Positions 40,301 through 48,749 of a stretch of 64,000 bases of DNA are shown here, in pieces. The position numbers were made by a program, and so were the translations under genes. The DNA comes from Thermoanaerobaculia bacterium (lineage in GTDB: Bacteria > Acidobacteriota > Thermoanaerobaculia > UBA5066), in NCBI GenBank assembly GCA_963719225.1, contig CAVRAY010000001.1:608001-672000 (forward strand), written 5' to 3'. Within the stretch, counting starts at the first letter, position 1. Every line of letters starts with the position of its first letter. The notes beneath the pieces are model-generated. The model made no database searches. It was not told the origin of the DNA and was given only the letters and a program-made list of their open reading frames with translations.

Positions 40301-40421
40301 CGCCCGGCTCGAGCGCGCGCGGGTGTCGATCGCGCCCGTCGTGCGGAACGAAAAGTCCCTCCGCCCAGAAGGCGAATCCGGACGGGCGCGGAGCACCGTG
40401 CAGGACGATCAAGCCCTCCAT
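37350..40421 (-). CDS. SNF2-family (SF2) ATPase/helicase
   Basis: LRPYQ, LADDMGLGKT, DEAQNVKN, LTGTPVENR, GTGLNL and QATDRAFRIGQ motifs. Confidence 0.94.
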   Translation of the reverse strand: MEGLIVLHGAPRPSGFAFWAEGLFVPHDGRDRHPRALEPGEILEALSAESLATCLSPRTETVTLLLAVPAVHGRPVPSAPALREPADYAAPFSAALRIYEVPAFVLPMAAALETLLALPAALRARPFSVSAGDDLDYWAEGARWAFDLLLRRRIAPGANGTHPVWRPVLDDPHERERLRRLAEAMPPVSRAILPPGARLGADSALPPARGLLLAFLDQAVDAAARDVLRDVLPAERRRAGDTMEAEVIAALAAPPARALEPAVLSRLSEWSLPLLDPLPESLLRLGIRVVPPSEVGGPFSLAYVLESGDSPEVSLSAEEIWATTEGSVRRRGRLFTNPQDTLLARLGTAAALSRPVARSLEERHPTGVVLSPDEAWRFLSDEAPLLGEAGIAVRLPGGGSLARVALKLVARAPGTGEADSSVVRFGLDALVDFDWRVAVGDALLSPHEFEELAARQIPLVEIRGEWVLLDKENLEKARRLLDRRPGGRTTLGELLRLAGGLDGERDDVLVDAVGGEGWVGRLLDPETARREIAGFTAPRGLTGILRPYQMRGVGWLRFLLSRGLGACLADDMGLGKTIQFLAALLAARDAGERIGPSLLVCPTSVAENWVREAERFAPQLRVLVHHGAGRASGEAFSRLLKEVDLLVTTYALVHRDRALLSGVTWEYLALDEAQNVKNPAAAQSRAARSLRAHRRAALTGTPVENRLAELKSIFDFLNPGLLGTDDAFRRSFAIPIERHNDPAASARLRHVTGPFLLRRAKTDPGVVPDLPEKIETKELVGLTREQAALYRATTRSLLSGIGRANRRSRKAKILLLLLRLKQICDHPALFLGDARRNGRSAKISRLLEMCEETLAEKSPALLFTQFAEMGHLLVAELKERFGCEVLFLHGAVPRHTRTEMVRRFQEDEDPPPFFVLSLRAGGTGLNLTRASHVFHVDRWWNPAVEEQATDRAFRIGQTEHVQVHKFVCKGTLEERIDRMIEEKKALARSIVGAGEQWIATLSDEQLTELVALDTSAIETDGGH

Positions 40422-40443
40422 TGTCGGTTATCCTCGCCCCCGG

Positions 40444-40965
40444 ATGAAAGCCCCGAAAACCCACGAGCTTTTTCGCCGGATGTCGAGCGCCGAAGTGGCC
40501 TCCGTCGTCGCGGCGGCGTGCGAGGACGACGAGCTGCCCGAGAAGATCGCGGGCGGCGTGATCACGTATCAGCAAATCCCCCTCAAGCGGTTTTCGAAGC
40601 TGCCCGAGGAGACGCGACTCGCCTACGTCAGGCGAACCCTGCGCGACAGGCGCGCGTCCGACCTCGGTCTCTACGTCCTCTCCGCGGCGCTCACGCGCCG
40701 GCAAGCGGCGCTCATCGCGTCTTTCCTCGAGGCGCTGAAGCTGCCGCACGAGGGACCCAGCCTCACGAACGAGGGCGCGATCCCGGCTCCGCCCGCGAAG
40801 GTCCTTCGCCGCGCGGTCGACGCGCTCCTCGGCGCCCACGAAGCGCGCGACGTGGCGCTCTATCTTCACGCCTTCGCGGCGCAGGAGGACGTCGACTGGC
40901 CCGCCCTCGAAACGCTCCTCGAATCGGACGCGCGCCTCGCGTTCGAGGACCGCTCGGCGAGCTAG
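40444..40965 (+). CDS. Hypothetical protein
   Basis: Genome-typical codon use; fills the gap; FLEALKLPHEG and LYLHAF..Q...W resemble a conserved uncharacterised family. Confidence 0.65.
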   Translation: MKAPKTHELFRRMSSAEVASVVAAACEDDELPEKIAGGVITYQQIPLKRFSKLPEETRLAYVRRTLRDRRASDLGLYVLSAALTRRQAALIASFLEALKLPHEGPSLTNEGAIPAPPAKVLRRAVDALLGAHEARDVALYLHAFAAQEDVDWPALETLLESDARLAFEDRSAS

Positions 40966-41004
40966 GGGACGGCGCCTCTCGCAATCCGGTAGACGAGATC
41001 TTCC

Positions 41005-41212
41005 CGGCCGCGTGGGCCGGGAACGTCCAGCCGATCTCGATTTCGCTCCCGTCCGGATCGGATCCGTGGAATCGCGACGACCCGATGACCCGGCCGTCCC
41101 TGGATCGGGCGCGATCAAGGCTCCGCCGGATTCCAGAGCCCCGCGGAAGACCTCCCTGAAGACCTCCCTGAAGACGTCTTCCTGGTAGCGGTCGCTCGCC
41201 GGATGCTGTCGT
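41005..41212 (-). pseudogene. Degraded RimJ/GNAT acetyltransferase fragment
   Basis: Minus strand reads QHPASDRYQEDVFREVFREVFRGALESGGALI, then a frameshift to GRVIGSSRFHG..SEIEIGWTF. It has a 12-bp tandem duplication (41146-41169) and both ends are missing. Confidence 0.7.
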
Positions 41213-41215
41213 CCA

Positions 41216-41587
41216 TCAGGTGTGGGTAATCATGAGGACGTAGCCGTCCGGATCCACCAGTCGGAACTCGCCCTTCGGCGCATAGAAGGGATACGCCATG
41301 GGCCCGGGGTCGAGGCCCGTCTCGGAGAGCGCCGTCCTCGTTGCCGGGACGTCGTCGTAATAGACGTAGAAGAGGACGGCCTGTTGAGAAGGAACGACGG
41401 GTTCAGTCGCCCGCGCCAGCATGAGCTGCGCGCGATCGGATTCGAGCCACGCCCACGTGGGTGCCGACGTGCCCGGCGGGACGAAGGTGTTGCCGACGGT
41501 GAATCCAATGCGCTCGTAGAACTTGATGGAGAGCTCGACGTCCTTCACGAAAGCCATGGGAACGAGAGCCCGAGGTGAGAGCGACAC
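41216..41587 (-). CDS. VOC/glyoxalase/bleomycin-resistance family protein
   Basis: VKDVELSIKFYERIGF, LML, YVYYDDV and EFRLVDPDGY motifs. Confidence 0.85.
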   Translation of the reverse strand: MSLSPRALVPMAFVKDVELSIKFYERIGFTVGNTFVPPGTSAPTWAWLESDRAQLMLARATEPVVPSQQAVLFYVYYDDVPATRTALSETGLDPGPMAYPFYAPKGEFRLVDPDGYVLMITHT

Positions 41588-41609
41588 GAGAACCTCCCGA
41601 AATGAGGAT

Positions 41610-41694
41610 AGCTCTCGATCGCGGCGGGCGGGGCGTCGGGATAGAGCTCGTCGTAGACGTCCGCAATCTCGTCGCCGTACGTGGCGGGATTCAT
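41610..41694 (-). pseudogene. N-terminal remnant of a class I SAM methyltransferase
   Basis: ATG overlapping the rsmI stop gives MNPATYGDEIADVYDELYP, a typical methyltransferase N-terminus; no SAM-binding motif follows. Confidence 0.5.
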
Positions 41695-42368
41695 GGCGCT
41701 GCCGTTCCTGCCGCGAGGACGATCTCCCCTTTCACGCCGGGCCGTGCCGCGAGGATTCTGGCGATCTCCGACGCTCGCCCGCGGAGGACCTCCTCGTGGA
41801 CCTTCGTCAGCTCGCGCCCGAGGACGACGGGCGGGTCGCCCCAGGCCTTTGCGAGCGCCTCGAGGGATTCCACGATCCGGAAGGGCGACTCGAACAGCAC
41901 CGCCGTGCCGTTTCGCGAGGCGTTCGCGGCGTACCAGCGGTCGCGCTCGCCGCGGCGCGAGGGGGGAAAGCCCAGGAACGTGAACGGGACGGCCGGAAAT
42001 CCCGAGATCGAGAGGATCGCGAGGACCGCCGACGGCCCTGGAATCGCTTCGACCTGGTGCCCGGCCGCGGCGGCCGCCGCGACGAGCCGCTCCCCGGGAT
42101 CGGAGACGAGCGGCGTCCCCGCGTCGGAGACGAGAGCCAGCGTCTCGCCGCGCGCGAGCCGCTCGAGGGCCTCGTCGACGCGCCGATGCTCGTTGTGGCC
42201 GTGGCAGGACACGCGCGGCGACGCGAGGCCGTGGCGCGCGAAGAGGTTTCCCGTGCGGCGGGTGTCCTCGCAGTAGACGACGGCCGCCGACGACAGCGCC
42301 TCGCGCGCGCGGGGCGAAAGGTCGTCGAGGTTCCCGATCGGCGTGGCGACGACGAGGAGGCGGCCCAT
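41691..42368 (-). CDS. rsmI: 16S rRNA C1402 2'-O-methyltransferase RsmI
   Basis: VATPIGNL.D, CEDTR, VSDAGTP.VSDPG, FESPFR and RELTKVHEE motifs. Confidence 0.95.
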   Translation of the reverse strand: MGRLLVVATPIGNLDDLSPRAREALSSAAVVYCEDTRRTGNLFARHGLASPRVSCHGHNEHRRVDEALERLARGETLALVSDAGTPLVSDPGERLVAAAAAAGHQVEAIPGPSAVLAILSISGFPAVPFTFLGFPPSRRGERDRWYAANASRNGTAVLFESPFRIVESLEALAKAWGDPPVVLGRELTKVHEEVLRGRASEIARILAARPGVKGEIVLAAGTAAP

Positions 42369-42447
42369 CGCGGCATTCTCTCGCGTCCCGGGGCGCGGAC
42401 CCCAGACGAGACGCGCCAGCGGCATAGGGGCCGGTCTGGTATGGCCC

Positions 42448-42453
42448 TATAAT
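42448..42453 (+). promoter_or_regulatory. -10 element of the second TA operon (leaderless type)
   Basis: Consensus TATAAT 6 nt before ATG 42460. Confidence 0.6.
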
Positions 42454-42459
42454 CCAGGT

Positions 42460-42735
42460 ATGGCCAGCATGACCATCAAAGCGACCTATGCCCTCGATGT
42501 CGAGACGGCGCGTACTCTCGAGGAAATGGCCCGCCGCTGGGGGGTCTCCAAATCCGAGGCCCTGCGGCGGGCGATCCGGGCGGCGAAACGGGGACCGGCG
42601 GGTGCGCCGAAGGCGCTCACCGCTCTCGATGCGCTCCAGCGTTCGCTCGGATTGAGTGCCCGGACGGCGGACGAGTGGGAAAGGCACTCCCGCAAAGAGC
42701 GCCGCGCCACGTCCATCCGGCGGGAATCGAGATGA
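42460..42735 (+). CDS. CopG/RHH-family antitoxin
   Basis: TYALD...LEEMARRWGVSKSEALRRAI; ATGA overlap with the PIN gene. Confidence 0.82.
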   Translation: MASMTIKATYALDVETARTLEEMARRWGVSKSEALRRAIRAAKRGPAGAPKALTALDALQRSLGLSARTADEWERHSRKERRATSIRRESR

Positions 42736-43109
42736 TCCACCTCGATACGAGCTTCCTGATCCGGGGGCTCGTGCGCGACTCCGCCGAAGATCGAGCGCTG
42801 CGAAAGTGGCTGAAAGAGGGCGAATCGCTGGCGATGAGCACCGTGGCCTGGACGGAGCTCCTGTGTGGCCCTCTCGAGGAGAGCCACCTGGATCTCGCGA
42901 CCCGGGTCGTTTCACAGCGCATCGCATTCCTCGAGGAAGACGCGGACGTGAGTGCTCGGCTATTCAATGAATCCGGGCGGCGGCGTGGATCTCTGGTCGA
43001 TTGCATGATCGCCGCAAGCGCATTGCGCGCCGGGGAGCCGCTCGCGACCGGAAACGTCGGCGATTTTCGGAGGTTCGCCGCCTTCGGGCTGAAAATCTTC
43101 GAAGCGTGA
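42732..43109 (+). CDS. vapC: PIN-domain (VapC-family) toxin
   Basis: MIHLDTSFLI, E.L.G, DCMIAA.A and LATGN..DF motifs. Confidence 0.88.
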   Translation: MIHLDTSFLIRGLVRDSAEDRALRKWLKEGESLAMSTVAWTELLCGPLEESHLDLATRVVSQRIAFLEEDADVSARLFNESGRRRGSLVDCMIAASALRAGEPLATGNVGDFRRFAAFGLKIFEA

Positions 43110-43831
43110 TGAAGAGCATGGTGACCCAGGTGAAGTGGCTCGTCCCGCTCGTTTTCGCGGGCGTCACCCTCGTGCCGGCCGAAGGGCGCGGCGCGCCTCC
43201 GGCGCCGGCAGCGGCACCGCCCGTGTCGACGCCTTCGGGACCGGCGGTGCTCGTGGATCGCATCGCCGCCGTCGTGGGCGACGAGATCGTCCTCGAGAGC
43301 GAGGTCCAGAAGCTCGTCGCCGTGCGGTTCCTCGAGCACAAGGGCGGCGAGAGCGACGCCGCGTATCGCGACCGCGTTCTCGACGAGCGCATCGTCGATC
43401 TCCTGCGCGAGCGACAGCTCCGCAGAACGAGCGGTTTCGAGCCGAAGCCCGAGGAGGTCGAGGCGCGTGTCGCCGCGCTCGAAGCGCGTCTCGCGAAGGA
43501 GCGCGGCATTCCCGCCGCCGCGGCGCTCGCGGCCGCCGGCACGACGCGCGAGGAGCTGGCGGCATGGGTCAGGCGCGGCCTCGCGCTCGACAGCTACGTG
43601 AAAGAGCGCCTTGCGCCGGGGCTGAAGCTGACCGAGGCGGATCTTCGCGCCTACTACGAGTCGACGTTCCGGGAAGCGGCGAAAAAGCGGGGGCTCGCGG
43701 ACGTCCCCCCTTTCGAGGACGTTCGCGAGGAGATCCGCGAGGTCGTGCGCGAGATCAAGCTCAATGCCGAGATCGAGCGCTGGACTTTGCAGCTCCGCAA
43801 CGAGACGCGCGTCCTCATCTACCGGCGCTGA
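43109..43831 (+). CDS. SurA N-terminal-domain-like periplasmic chaperone (no PPIase domain evident)
   Basis: Signal peptide; VDRIAAVVGDEIVLESEV, TEADLRAYYE and PFEDVREEI motifs. Confidence 0.75.
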   Translation: MKSMVTQVKWLVPLVFAGVTLVPAEGRGAPPAPAAAPPVSTPSGPAVLVDRIAAVVGDEIVLESEVQKLVAVRFLEHKGGESDAAYRDRVLDERIVDLLRERQLRRTSGFEPKPEEVEARVAALEARLAKERGIPAAAALAAAGTTREELAAWVRRGLALDSYVKERLAPGLKLTEADLRAYYESTFREAAKKRGLADVPPFEDVREEIREVVREIKLNAEIERWTLQLRNETRVLIYRR

Positions 43832-43843
43832 TCGGGCAGCTTT

Positions 43844-46195
43844 TCAGCGTTCGGCCGGCTCCGCCTTGCGATAGAGGATGCGGTTCGCGAGCACGCGGCG
43901 CAGGTACGTGCGCGTTTCCGCATAGCTGATCGAGGCGAGGAGCGCCTCCGTGGGAGCTTTCGCGCCGCCGGCCCAAAGCGACGTCTGGCCGGCACCGGCG
44001 TTGTAGCCCGAGGCCGCGAGGGCCGCGTCGCCCTCGAACCGGGCGAGCAGGTTCTTCAGCGTGCGCGCCCCGAGGCGCAGCGACCGCGCCGGATCGTAGA
44101 GATCGGCATAGGCCGGAGGGTTCTCGTTGAGCTCCCGCGCCGCCTCTCCCGCCGTCGGGAGCGTGAGCTGCATGAGGCCGCGGGCCGCGGCGGGGGAGGC
44201 CGCCTCGCGGTCGAATCGGCTCTCCTGCCGCATGATCGCGTAGAGCAGGTCGCGCGGCACGCCGCTCTGGTCCGCGGACTCGGAGACGAGGCGGTCGAAC
44301 GGCCTCGGCGCCAGGGAGCGAAGCACCGAACGCGGGGCGAGATCGAGGAGGAAATCGTCCGGCACGAGCCGGTCGAGCGCCTCCGCCGCCTCGAGCGCCG
44401 CGGGCCCCGCGTCCGCGTCCTCGGCAAGACGCGCGGCCACGAGGCTGCCCAGAAGCGTGTCGAGACGCGAAGCGTCGCGCACGATCGGCTCGGCTTCGAG
44501 GGGCAGGCCGAGCTGCAGGAGGCGGCACGCCGCCGCGTCTCCGCAGAGCGTCGGAAGAGTCTCCTCCGGGAGGTCGGGCGCGAGCAGGACCTCGGAGTAG
44601 CCGGGCAAGGAGCGGTAGGCGATCTTCAGGAGGTCACGCGCGAGAGCGTCTCCGAGAAGGGCGGGCGGCAGGAGACGCACCTTGGCCTCCTGGGTCTTCC
44701 CGGACGTGAGGAGGGCTTCACCCTCGAGCCTCTCGCGGCGAAGAAAGGCATCACGGGACACGGCTGGAAGAGCGGACATCCGCTGCGCGGCGACCTCGCC
44801 CGCGGCGGTCCACGGGCGCGCGGCGAGGAGGGCGGCATACCCCGCGAGTGCGCCCCCGAGATCCCCCGAGGCCTCCGCGGCACGCCCGCGCCAGAACGGG
44901 AGCTCGCTCTTCCAGGGCTCCGCGAGCCGCCGGAGGCGCGCGAGGCGCTCGATGGGAAGAAGGACGCGCCGCGCGCCGGCACCGTCGCCCGCCTCGGCGC
45001 GCCTCACGAGGAGGTGGAGGAGTCCCTCCACGCGTCCGGGCTCTTTGGCGAGGGTTGGGCGCAAGAGGATCGCCTCGGCCCCCACGAGGTCGCCGCGGCG
45101 CATGAAGAGACGCGCCCGCTGAAGCGCGGCGAGAACGGCCGGCCCGGCGCGAGAGCTCTCCACGCGACGGAACTCGGCCGCCGCCGCGTCGAGCTGCCCG
45201 AGCTTCTCGAGCGTCATCCCGACGTTGAAGCGCACGCGGGCGAAGAAGGCGTCGGTGCCGGGGGCGTCGTCTTTCTTGCCTCGGGCGTGTCGCGGGTGGC
45301 GGGGCTGCTTTTCGAGGATCGACCGGAACGCCGACAGCGCCTCCGCGAACCGGCCGCGCGAAGCGAGGATCCGGCCGAGGTCGAAGCGGGCGCTCCAGCG
45401 CGCGATGTCGTCGCCCGCACGAGACGCACGCGCGTCTCTCTCCGCCGCGAGGCGCTCGGCGAGGTCGAGGTCTCGTTGGGCTTTCGCGGTCTCGATCAGG
45501 AGCGGAAGGAGGCGATCGAACAGCCCATGCACGTCCCGCCCCCGCATCTCGCGCGCGAGCACGATCGCCGCCGCGTCGTCGCGCCGCGCCTCGCGAAGGA
45601 TCTCTTCGCGCAGGGAGGCCGCGCCCGACGCGTCTCCGGCCTGGTCGAGAGCCTCGGCGCGCAGGGCGAGGAGGCGGCGCCGCTCGCGCGGAGCGGCCGG
45701 CGGCCTCGCGGCCACGAGCCGCGCCAGAGTCGCGGCGTCGAGGCGCGTCTCGAGCGCGTCGAGGGTGATGCGGAGCGCGCGGCGCGAGACGGCGCCTCCT
45801 TTCCTCTGCAGGAGGGGAAGCAGCAGCTCGAGCGCGCCGGCCCCGTCCCCGCCTTCGAACCGGAGCGAGCCGGCGGCGAGACGGGCCGGCACGTTGAAGA
45901 GGTCGTCGGCGGAGACGTGGCGCTCGAAGAGCGCGATGGCCTCGTCGCGGCGCCCCGTTGCGGCGAGGGCTCGCGCGGCGAGGTAGTCGAAGCGGCCGTC
46001 GGCGTATCTTTCGGCGGACTCCTTCTTCAGGCCGTCCAGCTGCTCGAGGACTTCGGTCCACTTTCCCGCGCGGGCAGCGGCCGCGAGGTCCCGCTCGCGG
46101 GCGGCGCTCGCCTCGAGCGTCGTTCCGGAATCGAGGAGGAGGACGAGAAGGGCGGGTGCGGCAGCGCGGCGGAAAGCTGTCAGCCCGGCGGCCAC
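43844..46195 (-). CDS. TPR-containing soluble lytic transglycosylase (Slt-like)
   Basis: TPR-like helices; RQESRF, ARGLMQL, GYNAG and ETRTY motifs. Confidence 0.88.
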   Translation of the reverse strand: MAAGLTAFRRAAAPALLVLLLDSGTTLEASAARERDLAAAARAGKWTEVLEQLDGLKKESAERYADGRFDYLAARALAATGRRDEAIALFERHVSADDLFNVPARLAAGSLRFEGGDGAGALELLLPLLQRKGGAVSRRALRITLDALETRLDAATLARLVAARPPAAPRERRRLLALRAEALDQAGDASGAASLREEILREARRDDAAAIVLAREMRGRDVHGLFDRLLPLLIETAKAQRDLDLAERLAAERDARASRAGDDIARWSARFDLGRILASRGRFAEALSAFRSILEKQPRHPRHARGKKDDAPGTDAFFARVRFNVGMTLEKLGQLDAAAAEFRRVESSRAGPAVLAALQRARLFMRRGDLVGAEAILLRPTLAKEPGRVEGLLHLLVRRAEAGDGAGARRVLLPIERLARLRRLAEPWKSELPFWRGRAAEASGDLGGALAGYAALLAARPWTAAGEVAAQRMSALPAVSRDAFLRRERLEGEALLTSGKTQEAKVRLLPPALLGDALARDLLKIAYRSLPGYSEVLLAPDLPEETLPTLCGDAAACRLLQLGLPLEAEPIVRDASRLDTLLGSLVAARLAEDADAGPAALEAAEALDRLVPDDFLLDLAPRSVLRSLAPRPFDRLVSESADQSGVPRDLLYAIMRQESRFDREAASPAAARGLMQLTLPTAGEAARELNENPPAYADLYDPARSLRLGARTLKNLLARFEGDAALAASGYNAGAGQTSLWAGGAKAPTEALLASISYAETRTYLRRVLANRILYRKAEPAER

Positions 46196-46533
46196 GCGAA
46201 GGCCCGTCCGCCGAGGAGATGGAGATGCAGGTGAAAGACGCTCTGGCCGGCCTGAGCGCCGTCGTTGATGACGACGCGGTAGCTTTCGAGCTCGAGCCCC
46301 CTCGCGACCTCGGTGAGCGCCACGAGGCAGGGGCCGAGCAGCGCGGCGTGATCACCCGAGGCGTCGGAGAGGCGGGCGACGTGCGTCTTCGGTATCACGA
46401 GCACGTGCGTGGGCGCCTTCGGGGCGACATCGTGGAACGCGAGGACGCGCTCGTCCTCGAAGGCGATCCTCGCGGGAATCTCCCTCCGGACGATCCGGCA
46501 GAAGAGGCACGAGGGGTCGGGCGAGGAGCTCAT
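46180..46533 (-). CDS. hinT: Histidine triad nucleotide-binding protein
   Basis: CLFCRI and AGQSVFHLHLHLLGG motifs. Confidence 0.93.
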   Translation of the reverse strand: MSSSPDPSCLFCRIVRREIPARIAFEDERVLAFHDVAPKAPTHVLVIPKTHVARLSDASGDHAALLGPCLVALTEVARGLELESYRVVINDGAQAGQSVFHLHLHLLGGRAFAWPPG

Positions 46534-46541
46534 CGCACCGA

Positions 46542-47828
46542 TTATCCGTCGATCCTCTCGACGGAGGCGCCGAGGCTCCGCAGGCGCTCGTCCATGGCCG
46601 CGTAGCCCCGGTCGAGATGGTAGATCCGGCGCACGCGCGTTTCGCCCCGGGAAACGAGGCCCGCCAGGACGAGAGCCGCCGAGGCGCGGAGGTCCGACGC
46701 GGTCACGGGCGCGCCTTCGAGCTGCGCCGGACCGCGCACGAGAGCCGCGCGTCCTTCGACACGGACGTCGGCTCCGAGGCGCGCGAGCTCGACGGCGTGC
46801 AGGAAGCGGTTCTCGAAGATCGTCTCGACGAGGCGGGACGGCCCCCGGGCCTGCGTCATGAGGGCGAGGAACTGCGCCTGGAGATCCGTCGGAAAGCCGG
46901 GATGCGGCGCCGTTTCGATGTCCACGCCTCCGAGCGGCCGCGAGGCGAAGACGCGCACGGCGTCCTGGGTCGCCTCGACGCCGGCTCCGGCGCGTCGCAG
47001 CGCGTCCAAAAACGCCTCGAGGTCCCGGGCGCGCGCGCGAGAAACCGTCACGTCGCCCCCGGTGATCGCGCCGGCGGCGAGGTACGTTCCCGCTTCGATG
47101 CGGTCGGGCACGATTACGTGGGGTGAGGCGCCGGTTCCCCCGAGCTGCTCGACGCCCTCGATCGTGATCGTGGACGTTCCCGCGCCGGTCACGCGCGCGC
47201 CCATGCGGGTGAGGAGGAGCGCCACGTCCTCCACCTCGGGCTCTCGCGCAGCGTTTTCGATCACCGTCGTCCCGCGCGCGAGCGTCGCGGCGAAGAGCAC
47301 GTTCTCCGTGCCGGTGACGGTGGGAGTCGGGAAGCGGATCGTCGTTCCCGTGAGCCGGCCTCTCGCGCGGCCGACGCGCGAGACGTGCGCATGGATGTAG
47401 CCTTTCTCGACGGCGATCCGCGCGCCCAGCGCCTCGAGAGCGAGGAGGTGCAGGTCCACGGGCCTGACGCCGATCGCGCACCCTCCCGGCAGCGAGACGC
47501 GGGCCTCGCCGAAGCGCGCGACGAGAGGGCCGAGGACGAGGATGGAAGCGCGCATCGTCCTCACGAGGTCGTAAGGCGCCTCTGTCGAGGTGACGCGCGA
47601 CGCATCGACGATCCGGCGCGAGGGAGCCGGCGCTCCGACGAGAACTCCCATGCCGTCCAGAAGACGCGTCATCGTGCGGACGTCCGCGAGATCGGGCACT
47701 TCCTCGAGCGTCACGGGCGCGTCCGTGAGGAGCGCGGCGGCCAGAGCCGGCAGCGCCGCGTTCTTCGCGCCGCTCGCGCGAACGGTGCCCTGGAGGCGCA
47801 CGGGCCCTTTCAGAAGGAAAGCATCCAT
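46542..47828 (-). CDS. murA: UDP-N-acetylglucosamine 1-carboxyvinyltransferase
   Basis: GAKNAALP, MRAS, LPGGCAIG.RP, PDRIEAGT, PGFPTD and DLRA motifs. Confidence 0.97.
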   Translation of the reverse strand: MDAFLLKGPVRLQGTVRASGAKNAALPALAAALLTDAPVTLEEVPDLADVRTMTRLLDGMGVLVGAPAPSRRIVDASRVTSTEAPYDLVRTMRASILVLGPLVARFGEARVSLPGGCAIGVRPVDLHLLALEALGARIAVEKGYIHAHVSRVGRARGRLTGTTIRFPTPTVTGTENVLFAATLARGTTVIENAAREPEVEDVALLLTRMGARVTGAGTSTITIEGVEQLGGTGASPHVIVPDRIEAGTYLAAGAITGGDVTVSRARARDLEAFLDALRRAGAGVEATQDAVRVFASRPLGGVDIETAPHPGFPTDLQAQFLALMTQARGPSRLVETIFENRFLHAVELARLGADVRVEGRAALVRGPAQLEGAPVTASDLRASAALVLAGLVSRGETRVRRIYHLDRGYAAMDERLRSLGASVERIDG

Positions 47829-47858
47829 CCGGAGAGGGAGTCTAAGGGGCGCGGCTCC

Positions 47859-48722
47859 TCAGAGCCGCAGCGCGGTGGCCGTCCGCGGGATTCCGGCGGT
47901 GTCGAGGCGCATGTCGACGAGCGTGAACGTTCCCGAGGCTTCCACAAGCGCCGAGATGTCGCGGGCCTGCCCGTACCCGAGCTCGAAGATGAAAGGGGCG
48001 CCGGGCGTCATGAAGTCGGCGAGCCCCGAAAGGATCGCGCGCATCGGCGCGAGTCCGTCATCCCCGCCGTAGAGCGCGAGAGGCGGCTCGAACTCCGAGA
48101 CGGTCTTCGAAAGATTCGGGGCTTCGGCAAGGGAGACGTAGGGCGGGTTCGCGACGGCGAGGTCGAACAGTTGCCGCCGGGCGAACGCGGAAAGCCAGTC
48201 GGAGGCGACTGCCCTCACGCGTCCGGCCACGCCGTGCCGGCGTGCGTTTTCCGCGGCGAGAGCCAGAGCCGATAGCGAGCGGTCGATCGCGAGCACGCGC
48301 GAGAGGGGGCGCTCGAGCGCGAGCGTGACGGCCAGGATGCCGCTGCCCGTGCCGAGATCGACGAGGTCCCGCGCGTCGGGAGCGGCGGCGCGCGCGGCTT
48401 CCACGATGACCTCCGTCTCGAGGCGCGGGATGAGCGCGCGCGCATCGACGTGAAACGTGCGGCCGAGGAATTCCCATTCGCCGAGAAGGTATTGCAGGGG
48501 CTCGCCGGCCGCGCGGCGCGCGACGAGCGACTCGAAAGCCGCGCGGCTCGCGGCGTCCGCGGGCTCCGCCCGGCGGCCGAGGAACCAGGAGCGAGAGCGC
48601 GCGGCGGCCCGGGCGAGAAGCTCCTCCGCTTCGTAGGGAGCGTGCTCCGCTTCCGACAGGCGGCGCCGCCCCTCGGCGAGAAGGGCGCCCCATGTGGGTT
48701 CGGGCCGGGCTTCGGAGCTCAT
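47859..48722 (-). CDS. prmC: Release factor glutamine methyltransferase
   Basis: RRAAGEPLQY, LIPRLETE, DLGTGSG, NPPY and EP..ALYGG.DGL motifs. Confidence 0.95.
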   Translation of the reverse strand: MSSEARPEPTWGALLAEGRRRLSEAEHAPYEAEELLARAAARSRSWFLGRRAEPADAASRAAFESLVARRAAGEPLQYLLGEWEFLGRTFHVDARALIPRLETEVIVEAARAAAPDARDLVDLGTGSGILAVTLALERPLSRVLAIDRSLSALALAAENARRHGVAGRVRAVASDWLSAFARRQLFDLAVANPPYVSLAEAPNLSKTVSEFEPPLALYGGDDGLAPMRAILSGLADFMTPGAPFIFELGYGQARDISALVEASGTFTLVDMRLDTAGIPRTATALRL

Positions 48723-48749
48723 GCGGGCCTCGTGTTTAAGATAGGAACG

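Noticed and set aside
37245-41159. 1304-aa plus-strand ORF and other long antisense or alternate-frame ORFs (for example 6025-7845, 31719-34802, 32503-34935, 60061-61956)
   Set aside because: Shadow ORFs typical of high-GC DNA: Arg/Gly/Pro-rich, motif-free and overlapping well-supported genes.
41146-41183. GAAGACCTCCCT tandem repeat
   Set aside because: Only about 2.5 copies with no spacers, so not CRISPR; explained as a slippage duplication in the GNAT pseudogene.
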